Positions 54,060-64,000 of a stretch of 64,000 nt of DNA are shown piece after piece. Source of the DNA: Alphaproteobacteria bacterium. Its GTDB lineage: Bacteria > Pseudomonadota > Alphaproteobacteria > UBA8317. Every line of letters starts with the position of its first letter. The stretch's first letter is position 1. The notes beneath the pieces were generated by a model. It was not told the origin of the DNA, did no database searches, and saw only the letters and a list, made by a program, of their open reading frames with translations. The stretch spans positions 15,693-79,692 of the forward strand of contig JAYPQH010000033.1 in assembly GCA_038131935.1 (NCBI GenBank). The letters run 5' to 3'. The position numbers were made by a program, and so were the translations under genes.

Positions 54060-55351
54060 ATGACCAAAAAAAATTTTTCAATTATCAAGCATATAACCCT
54101 TGCCTTCCTCCTGTTTTATCTACCGCAAATCGCAGCAGCAGATCCTGCCGCTCAGCTTCAATCGTTGATTTTGAACACAGGGGATGTGCAAACTGCAAGA
54201 AATGAATATCTCCTGTCAAAAGTGAACGTGAAGGTGCGTGAAGCTGAAACCATGCCACAGGTATCGGCATATACAAATTCTAATTTATCCATTGCACGCG
54301 AAGTTGACCGTCGAAATGCTGTGAGATTTACTGACGAAGATCTTGATTATTTTGATGTGGTAACATCGGTCGAGCATAATCTTTATGATTTTGGTAAAGC
54401 TGAGAATGAGATTAGTGCCCTATCAAGCAGATCTGATGCTGCAAGATTTATGATTTCTAGAAGCGTTTGAGAGAGTTAGACAGCCTTCTGCAGAAGACTT
54501 ACCGCGGATGTCGAAACAATAGAACGTCAATTCTCAAATTTGGTAACTGAATTATTAGATTTTGAGAAGCGTGCAAATAACCGCTTTCGTTCTGGGGTAG
54601 GTACATTGGCCGAGGCGCGTGAGGTGTCATTATTAATACTCGATGCGCAAAACAATCTTGCTGAAAGTGAAAAAAGACAGGCTGAGTTGTTACAGCGCAT
54701 GAAAGCGCGTTACGGATCTGTACCTGAAAGTCCAGATGCCTCATTTTGCCCCACTTGGTGAAAATTCGATCAGGTTGAGTTGCGCAACACCAAATTCTTT
54801 ACAGGCGTTAATGCGCGCTCAAGAGGGCTTGAGTTTGAAACCAAGGCTTTGGAAGTAAGCCGTATGCCAACTTTTGATCTTGGAGGTCGGTTGACGATTA
54901 TTGATGTAACGCGGGGCTTGAATGAGTATGATATGACAGTGGGTGTAACAGTGCGCATGCCGTTGTATGATGGCGGAGCTAATGCAGCGCGTCAGACAGA
55001 GCTTTCCTACCGTAAGCAGATCGAGGAGCAAAAGAAACGTGCTATCCTGCAGGACAAATCTCAGAAGTTAGAGGTCATTCTCCTGGATCGTACAAGGCTC
55101 CTTGAAAAAATGACCAATGCCAAGACCGACTTAAAACCATCGCAGAAAAATTGCGGGAGCTCGATATTCGGCGTGACGCAACGGGAACTTCAATCAACGA
55201 ATTGGCTGAAACAATTGTGGACCAAGCCAATGCAAAGATTGTGGTGGAAACAAATCCTCTTGAGGTTTTAAAGTTGTTGGTTGCCCAGCATGGCGTCACC
55301 GAAACCCTACTATCGGCACTGAAGATAGCGCCCAATCCTGAAAGATTTTAA
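54060..55351 (+). CDS. TolC-family outer membrane channel of the T1SS (several frameshifts)
   Basis: Signal peptide, NLYDFG, RFRSGVGT, VRMPLYDGG repeat motifs spread across 4 fragments; directly upstream of the ABC and HlyD genes. Confidence 0.75.
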
Positions 55352-55352
55352 T

Positions 55353-57067
55353 ATGACGGAACAATATGCAGCAGGTGCAAAAGAACATTGGTTCTTTGGA
55401 CCTGTTTTTCGTGCCAAACATGAGTTGTTCCAACTCATTCTTGGCTCAGTTTTGATCAATATATTTGCCTTGGTCAGTGCCTTCTACATTATGATCGTCT
55501 ATGATCGCGTCATTCCCAATGAGGCTATTGAAACGCTTTATGCATTAACAATCGGCGTCATGATTGTTGTTGCGTTTGACTTATTGATGAAGGTATTGCG
55601 GGGTTTGTTCACTGATCGCGCAGGTGCGGTGGTTGATGAAGAGGTTGCTGCAACCCTATTTGATCGACTTTCTCGTAATGAAGCGCTTGCCACCCAACAA
55701 ACAGGTAAAACAGCAAGCATTGTCAAAGAATTCGACTTGCTTCGCGATTTCCTAGGATCCGCCACATTCGTGGCGTTTGCAGATCTGCCTTTCGTTATTA
55801 TCTTCCTTTTTGTTTTGTATTCAATTGGCGGTTTGGTGGTGTTGGTACCCACCATCATTGTCGTTACCATTCTTTTGTTGGGGTTGTTGATTCAACCCGT
55901 TTTGCGCCGTCTTACACGCAATGCTGCAGTTGATGGACAATCAAAGCAAGCGGTTTTGGTTGAAGTTCTCTCTGGAATGGAAACACTTAAAACATTACGC
56001 GGCATGGATATTCTTCGCCATCGTTGGATGAACTCTGTTCGTAGCCAAGCAGGCTTCTCAATGAAGTCAAAATTTTGGTCGCAGTTGACATCAAATTTTT
56101 CACAAACAGGGCAGCAATTGTCCCAGGTTGGTATTGTCGTGTTTGGGGTTTTCCTTATCATGGAAGGTTCTTTTGACCATGGGGTCATAATTGCTTGTGT
56201 GATCTTGTCAGGCCGCACGCTCGCACCTCTTGGTCAGATCAGCAATTTGTTGGGGCGTCTCAGCCAAGTTTCACGGCTTACGATAATTTGAACCAACTTA
56301 TGCAGCAGCCCGTCACCGAGGTTGAGCGCTCAGAGTATTTGCGTATTCATGAGGTTGAGGGAAACATCACCTTCAGCAATGCAGGTTTACAGTACCCTAA
56401 GCAGAAAAAACCTTCGGCAGATGATATCTCATTGGCCATTGGTGCTGGAGAAAAAGTTGCAGTCCTTGGAAGAATTGGATCTGGGAAAACAACAATACTT
56501 CGCATGATTGCAGGTTTGGTTCAGCCAACCAGTGGTATGGTACAGGTCGATAGAACTGACGTCTCTCATTTCCATCCTGATGATTTGCGTAAACATGTAT
56601 CTGTGGTCATGCAGCAGCCGCTTATATTTTCAGGTACTTTGCGGCAGAATATAACACTTGGAAACCCAGATGCTACAGATGAAGAAATCATGCATGTCGC
56701 GAGGCTAACAGGTGTGGATGGCTTGGCTTCGATGCTGCCTGATGGCTTTGACACCATGCTGACTGAGCGCGGAATGCAATTGTCTGGTGGCCAGCGTCAA
56801 GCGATCTGTATTGCCAGAGCTCTGGTAAATCCATCCAAAATACTTCTCTTAGATGAACCAACATCAGCCATGGATTCTAATACTGAAATGGCTGTGATGA
56901 AGAATATAATGATTGCGGCCAAAGATAAAACCGTCATTTTGGTAACCCATAGGGGTATTCTTGTTGATCTCGTTGAGCGGGTTGTTGTGATGGACTCTGG
57001 AAAAATTATTGCCGATGGTCCCCGTGAAGAGATCAAGCAGAAACTACGTGGTGGGGGTGCAGCCTGA
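55353..57067 (+). CDS. Type I secretion ABC transporter (permease + ATPase; frameshift near 56268)
   Basis: VYDRVIP, DLPF, GRTLAPL; GRIGSGKT, LSGGQRQ, LDEPTSAMD, VTH. Confidence 0.9.
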
Positions 57068-58329
57068 TGGCACAAAAAAAATCATTTTGGTTTTCAAACA
57101 TCATCTTTTATTTGATAGTCATTTTTTTTGCGGTTGCAGGTTTTTGGGCCTATGTCGCAGAGATCGATCAAGTTGTGCGTGCTGAAGGAGAGGTGGAGCC
57201 GGTTGGTAAGGTGCAGCCCGTTCAGTCTTTATATGGGGGCACTGTTGCAGAGTTAAACGTCGCTGTTGGTGATATGGTTGAGAAGGATCAAGTTGTTATC
57301 AGGCTGGATGAACAAGAGCCTGTCGCAGAATTTGAGCAGAATGAAATTACCTATGTAAGTGCTGCCGCTCGCTACGCGCGTCTTTATGCAGAGGCCAATA
57401 GCCTGTCTTATATTGAGTTTCCTGACGATGTTCCACTGAGTTTACGTTTGTCAGAGCGCGCGGTCTTTTTATCACGACAGAAAACCCTAGAAGGCCGTCG
57501 TCGGGTTCTACAGCAAGAATTGCAAAGTGCCAGAAATGATAAACTTGAAGCCGACAATGCAATAAAAGCGGCACGCAACCGTTTGAAATTGGTTGATGAG
57601 GAATATGATCTTTACGAACCTTTGGTGAAACAAGGTATTGAGCCCCGCGTGAAGCTATTTGATATTGAGACGCGTAAGGTTCAAACCCAGGATGAAATTA
57701 CCCAGCGGCGCATCGAGAGTAATGGTGCTGAAATACGTATTCAAAAGTTTTTGGATGAAATCACACAGCTGGACAATCAGTTTCGATCCGATGCGGGTGA
57801 GCAAATGTATCGCGAAGTGGAAGCGCGTGATAAGGCCGCCTCAGAGCGGATTCGGTTGGCTGAGCGGTTGTCACAAACAGATTTAAAAGCACCGAGTTCA
57901 GGTATTGTGACGTCTGTAGCGGTACCTGGTCCTGGTGCTGTTGTTCGTGGTGGTGACGTCTTGCTTGAGATCGTTCCATCTGCTGATAATTTTACGATCT
58001 TAGCAAGAATTCCGGTTAAAGACATCTCAAAGGTATCTGAGGGTCAAACAGCAAGGGTCTCTTTCTCAGCCTATGATTTTAGTCGCTATGGTGTCATGAT
58101 GGGGCGTTTTAAGCGTATCGCACAGAACACCACAGAGACTGAGCAGGGTGAGCGTTATTATGAAGCATGGGTCGAAACGGAGGGAAAAACCTTCTCAAAA
58201 TCACCAATAGAGCCCCAAATTGTTCCAGGTATGGCCGCCACGGTTGATGCCTTGGGCGAAAAGAGAACTGTGGTCGAGTATATCATGAGCCCATTGAATA
58301 GAATGGCCAGCAAAGCATTAACAGAATAA
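57067..58329 (+). CDS. HlyD-family T1SS membrane fusion protein
   Basis: Single TM, EIDQVVRAEGEV, coiled coil, APSSGIV, AYDFSRYG, PGMAATVD, RTVVEY..SPL. Confidence 0.93.
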   Translation: MAQKKSFWFSNIIFYLIVIFFAVAGFWAYVAEIDQVVRAEGEVEPVGKVQPVQSLYGGTVAELNVAVGDMVEKDQVVIRLDEQEPVAEFEQNEITYVSAAARYARLYAEANSLSYIEFPDDVPLSLRLSERAVFLSRQKTLEGRRRVLQQELQSARNDKLEADNAIKAARNRLKLVDEEYDLYEPLVKQGIEPRVKLFDIETRKVQTQDEITQRRIESNGAEIRIQKFLDEITQLDNQFRSDAGEQMYREVEARDKAASERIRLAERLSQTDLKAPSSGIVTSVAVPGPGAVVRGGDVLLEIVPSADNFTILARIPVKDISKVSEGQTARVSFSAYDFSRYGVMMGRFKRIAQNTTETEQGERYYEAWVETEGKTFSKSPIEPQIVPGMAATVDALGEKRTVVEYIMSPLNRMASKALTE

Positions 58330-58347
58330 TTACCAAGGAGAGTAAAA

Positions 58348-58578
58348 ATGGCAGATACAGTAAGTGAAGGCGTAACAAACACAAACAACAATCAAAATGT
58401 TGTTATTGACGGCGTGACCTATAAACTTGATGACTTAAGCCAGGACGCTCGTGCATTACTCGGGTTCTTGGCGCGCCTAGATCGAGAAATTGCTGAGGCA
58501 CGATTTGCTTTGGATCGCAACATGATGGCGAGACGTGGGGCAACAGAGCAACTTAAAACGCTTCTTCCATCAACCTGA
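58348..58578 (+). CDS. Small protein, DUF6447-like
   Basis: AGGAG SD; VVIDGVTYKLDDLSQDAR followed by an amphipathic helix; last gene of the T1SS operon. Confidence 0.7.
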   Translation: MADTVSEGVTNTNNNQNVVIDGVTYKLDDLSQDARALLGFLARLDREIAEARFALDRNMMARRGATEQLKTLLPST

Positions 58579-58974
58579 TGGCCATCCGATCTAACAGGGC
58601 AGGTGTGCTTGGAATGTCCATGTACGTTAGAGCTCAGACAATCACAAAAGTTGTTTTGTGTTGAAACAACGACAAGGACACTCACCTATCTAGATTGATG
58701 GGTGGGCATGTAACACCAAAAATAATTCTTAAAAATCCCAGATCATAATTGATGTAACATGTGCATCGGTTCAATATTTATCTTGCCAAAAAGAGAGTGT
58801 TCTAGCTCAATTGTCTCATAAATTGTTGAATGTTTTCAAAACATCGAATTTATGAATTTTAAATATACTTGAAGAAATCTTATTTATAGGTTTTTAGCGC
58901 TGCGCTAAAAGTATGAGAGCGATACGTTCACGATTATCGTCTCGTTACTTTCAGAAGATAAAAAAATGACAAAA

Positions 58975-59007
58975 TTTCTATCAAATTGTCATCATAATGT
59001 CATCAAA
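58975..59007 (+). promoter_or_regulatory. Pho box upstream of the giant phosphatase gene
   Basis: 11-bp periodic repeats TTTCTATCAAA-TTGTCATCATA-ATGTCATCAAA matching the CTGTCAT-N4 PhoB consensus, about 55 nt before the start codon. Confidence 0.75.
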
Positions 59008-59061
59008 TCAACCTAAACCATCCTTTGGAATTTTCTTTAAATTATATTTATGAGGATAAAA

Positions 59062-62000
59062 ATGGCTGATAATGATCTTGTAACAATTGGTGAAACAATC
59101 GCCTTGATGCCAGAAGCTAGCACGGCAAATGATCCAAGTGCGTTGCTTGATGGTCAGAGTGGAGATAAGAATTTCCCATTCGCGAGATTTAAACCCTTAG
59201 CCACAGTCGGTGAGGTCGATCCTGTAACAGGAGATGCATTGACTGGTCAGCCAGACGGCAACGCAGCCTTCCTAAAGGATGATGATACAATCACCGTTGT
59301 CTACCAGTCAGAATCATATGGACTTATGAGCACACAAACTTACGGTTGGGAAATGGCCAGCGGTGTAAGTTTCACTGGATCTCATCCATACCATTGATTA
59401 TGATCGCGAGAAGTTTGCAGAATTTTTAGAAACTGGTGATTCAGCTGCTGATATGTTTTTGGAATCAGGTCATCTTTTTGACACAATTTACAACGTATTT
59501 GGCGAGGTTGTGGATGGAAAAAATGATGACGCAACAGATCTCTCTGCAAAATGGGGAAATCAAACTTTACCTACAGGCGAATTGGTGGATTTTGTACAGC
59601 CTTTGACGGAAGGTGATTTCTTCTTCCAGTCATTCTGCAGTGCTTTCTTGGAGACGGCCAATAAATATGGTGACGGGATTGGGTTTGAAGACAATGTTTG
59701 GCTGACGGCTGAAGAGTGGAACATTCGCTATATTTTTCCAGATGGCGTAGCCACATCTAATGAAACAATGGGTTTGGCATCCATAGCTGTGGATGTTGAT
59801 ACAGGCATTGCATATACAGTCCCAGCCTTGGGTCAAACTGGTTATGAGAAATTGTTGCCCATAAATCCAGGCCACCCAGATTACGTTGTTATCGTTCTCG
59901 CAGGCTACAATCACGAACAAGAGCCTGCTCCACTTAAGATTTATGTGGGTGTTAAAGGCAAAGACGCTGATGGCAATGATGTTGACACAACGGGAACAGA
60001 TCGGGATGCATTCTTAGCGCGCAATGGACTCCTACATGGTAAAATCTACGGCATGGCCGTGGCCAATGATGACTATGCTGATCTTGGTATAGATGTTGTT
60101 GATCCAACCGCAAAAATGTTTGATGCTTATATGAAAGATGCAGATGCGGCAACCGAATTTTCTGCCAAATTTGTAGCGACATCATATCAGTGGGAAGGTT
60201 TTGACAAAGCCAGTTGCCGTCAAAGACACAGAGATGATGTTGTGGGATGATGCCGCAGAGCAACCTGTTGATCATACCTTCTTCAATGGAGACACAAAAG
60301 TTGAGCATCCTGCAGTAGACCCAGACATAACAAAGTTCCGTTGGGTCAGAAATATGACTGATGAAGGTGGTCTCATCGGAATTGAATTAACGAATTTGGT
60401 GGCAGAGTTGACGGCTGCCAATGGTGCTTTACCAGATGCTCTTTCTGCTGATGTTACCCGAATAATTGCGGCTATAGATGGAGAGATGTCTTTAGAAACT
60501 GGTGATAAGGGCATTGGGAATGGGCTAGATGGCCTGGACGATGCTGACAACTCCAAAACTGACGCCTCAGAAACAGCAGAAGTCTTTATTCCCACTGGGG
60601 AAGCAAAAATGGTGGCGCCAGATGGATTGATGTGGGTAAAGACCGCAGATGGTGACTTCCTTATCGTAGATGAAGATGCAGGTAACCCTTACGGCGAAAG
60701 AAAATATATCATTGAAATTGACTCAGATACGATGCAACCAGTTGAAACAGAAAACGGTCATGAGGGTTATTTCCTTGCCCAAGCTGGTGGATCTTTAAAT
60801 CCAAGGGGTGATGTTGCATCAATACCGGAGTGCTGCATCGGGTGCTACGTCTGCAGAATTTTCTGGAAGCTGGAACGTATCTGCGCTCGTGGCCAGGAAG
60901 GAGGATGGTTCTTTCTACACCAAAGAGGAACTCACAGGCACGAAGTTGCAAGAAGTGAACGAGTCATTGGCATTGAATGAGTCCACCTTTATTGGTGTAC
61001 TTCAAGAGCGTTCAGAATCTGGTGGCCAGGTGGAAGAAGTGAAGGCTGATAATGGTGGTCAGATCTTCGCGTTTAATGTTGATTTGGGTGGTTACACTGA
61101 ATTGCAGTTGCTTCATGCAACCGACCTTGAAAGTGGTTTTGAACAGTTATCAACTGCAGCAAATATGAAGGTCCTTGCTGACTTCTATTCTAACAGTGAT
61201 ACCTTGTTCATCTCCTCTGGTGATAATTTTATTCCAGGTGCATATTTTAATGCCGGTGGTGATGCCTCAATGGCTGCTATTTATAATCAAGCATTTAACG
61301 ATTTTTATGGGCTTGATGATTCCAGTCAGTATGCAGATTTGCGCGCAGAGGCAGGTTTCGCTGATATTGCGATCATGAACTTGCTTGAAATTGATGCATC
61401 AGTGATCGGTAACCACGAATTTGACGCAGGTGCATCCGTATTTGGCGATATGATTACGCACTATCCACGTGGTGCAGGTCTCGAGAATGACCGTTGGATT
61501 GGGGCACAGTTCCCGTATCTTTCTGCCAACCTTGATTTCTCAAATTCTGGACTCGCCGACTACTACACCGATGATATCCTCGCTGGGTCAGAATTTGAGA
61601 TTACGCCAGAAGAAGCAGCAGCGGTTACGGCGAAGTATCAAGACGGATCAGGTCAAAAGAAGTTGGCGCCTGCAGCAGTGCTTACCACAGACAGTGGAGA
61701 AACTTACGGTGTGATTGGTGTCACAACACCATATCTGGCCTCTATTTCCTCCCCGGGTTTGGTTGAAGTGGTGAATGCTGATGGCACACGCAACGATACC
61801 ATTTACAATTCAGATACTAGAGATGCTGAAATGACTGAGCTTGCAAAGCTGGTGCAGGTTCAAGTTGATCGTCTCGAAGCCTCTGGTGTGAATAAGATTA
61901 TTTTGACATCGCACTTGCAGGATTTTGCTTATGAAAAGCTCCTCGCCACAAAATTGGATGGTGTTGATATTATTATTGCTGGTGGGTCAGATACAATTCT

Positions 62001-64000
62001 TGCCAATGATGCTGATGACCTCCGTGCTGGTGACGTAGCCGTTGATACATACCCTGTTACGAATATTACGGATCTTTCAGGCAACAACACTTACCTCGTT
62101 TCAACGGATGGTCAGTTTAACTATCTTGGTCGTTTGAACGCGACTTTTGATTCCGCCGGTCATGTGGTTTTCGTCGACTATGAAAATTCTGCACCAATTT
62201 CGACAGAAACAGAAAATGTTGCTGCTATCACAGGTCTTAAAGTTGATAGTGATGGTAACATCGATCTTGCTGATGATGGCCTTAATGCTGGAAGCTCTCT
62301 TATCGAGAAGGCTTCAATAATAGAAGATGTTGTGAATGGACTTGAGGCGGTAGCGGCATCAAAGGATTCAAATGTTGTGGGATTGACAGACGTTTATCTA
62401 GAAGGTCGTCGTTCTAAGGTGCGTACCGAAGAAACCAACTTGGGTGATCTTAGCGCAGACTCTCTTTTGCATGCCACACGTCAATTTGACACTGTTTTCG
62501 CGTTCAAAAACGGCGGTGGTATACGTTCTGAAATCGGTGATTCATCAACTGATGAGAATAACATCACCACATTTACAGCACCTCTTGCTAACGAGCAGAC
62601 CGGTCGTGAGGAAGGTGAGGTATCACAACCATTGAAACCTCATTGAAGTTCAACAATGGCGTTACATTGCTTGAGCTTTCTGGCTCGGACCTGAAGGAAA
62701 TCTTGGAGCATGGCGTCAATGGTTTCTTGAATGCTGACTCTCAGCCTGGTCAATTTCCTCAAGTAGGTGGTTTGTATTTCTCGGTGGATATGGATCAGCA
62801 AGCTGGTGACCGGATCACTGAAATTGCGTTGGTTGATGAGGATGGCTTCGTTACCCAGCATATTTACAACAATGGTTCCTTTGTTGGTGATGCGGCAACC
62901 CAAGAATTCCGTGGTGCAAGCCTTAATTTCCTCGTCGAGAATGATGGTGACGGATATCCGTTCAGTACACTTGCGCAGAATGTTGAAGTGATTGATGGAT
63001 TTGGCGAACAAGAAGCGTTCGCCATGCTGATGTCTGATCAGTATCTTGTGGAAGCTTATGATACAGCTGAAACATCAAAGACATATGATACACGTATCCA
63101 ATTCATGGATTCAGAAATCTTCGGGGAAGGTCGTGAAGCACTAGTTTCTCTCATTCCAGAGGCAAGCAGATCAGTAGCTCCTAAGGTTGCATCATCTACG
63201 ACGCTTGGGTCAGTTGCTGACGAAGGTGGAGCAGAAATTGTTTCTGTTGATGGAGCTATCGCTGCGGTAACCAACGGCATTGATAACCGTGTTGAAATTC
63301 TTGATATGGAAGATCCTGAGCATCCTGTTCATCTTGGTGCATTAGATGTACGCGAGATGGCCAGCGATGATATCACACTGGTTGGTGGTATTACCTCTTT
63401 TGATTTGGGAGAAGGCATTACCTCTGTTGCCATTAAAGGTGAAACGGTTGTTGCGTCATACAAAAACGGTGATGTATCTCTCGGTGGCTATGTGGTTACC
63501 TACAAAGTGCCTGGCGGAGATTTAGCCTCTGCAACAGCCATGGTATCTCAAGTTGGTGTCCAACCTGATTGCGTGATCTTAAACGCTGACGGTACATTGG
63601 CCTTTACGGCTGATGAAGGTGAAATCACGATCGTCAACGGCGAATATGTTGATCCACAAGGTTCTATTTCCATCATTGATACGGCAACTGGTGCGGTTAC
63701 AAAGATTGGGTTTGATCATCTTGATGCCGCTACACTGAAAGCAGCCGGCGTTCGCATATCTGATGCCTCTTCATCCGCTGCAGCTGATATTGAGCCAGAA
63801 TATGTGGCGCTTTCTGATGATGAATCCTTGCTATTTGTTACGCTGCAAGAGAACAATGCGGTTGCCAAAATTGATATTAGTGGCATTGTTGCAGGTCAAA
63901 CTGTGAATGCGGCGGACATCATGGAAATTCTGCCACTTGGTTATAAAGATCATAACCTTGCAGATGGCACCAGGAGTTGGATGCGTCAGACAGAGATGGT
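59062..64000 (+). CDS. Giant multidomain phosphatase (atypical alkaline phosphatase-like + 5'-nucleotidase + choice-of-anchor I); frameshifted here and truncated by the window end
   Basis: Collinear fragments joined at ~59385, ~60207, ~60828, ~62630 and ~63975. Domain 1: PDG, QSESY, QSFC, EEW, KVEH, APDGL, DED, EFSG. Domain 2: LLHATDLE, GDNF, GNHEFD, NGGGIR, QFPQVGG. Domain 3: VGVQPD, ADEGE, DPQGSISIID, EPEYV, LQENNA, LPLGYKDH, DASDRDG. Confidence 0.8.

Overview
Chromosomal segment of a moderately AT-rich alphaproteobacterium, probably aquatic or marine (inferred from the glnK-amtB, cnoX-LON-Trm112, mutM-rpsT-dnaA-dnaN-recF-gyrB, senC/regB/regA and phaZ gene content). The left part holds N and P acquisition genes (amtB, glnK, phnDCE, an orphan phnM) and core replication genes plus tRNA-Gly(GCC). 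The middle is a patchwork of catabolic and redox enzymes. The right end holds a type I secretion system (TolC/ABC/HlyD), a small DUF6447-like gene, a clear Pho box and the 5' ~4.9 kb of a giant protein with no signal peptide. That protein appears to chain three different phosphatase-type modules (atypical PhoX/Psip1-like, 5'-nucleotidase, choice-of-anchor I) and is the best candidate for an under-described system. About a dozen genes are broken by 1-2 nt indels, often at homopolymers; these are most likely long-read assembly errors. I saw no CRISPR array, rRNA, integrase or transposase. All family calls come from motif recognition by eye, not from database searches.
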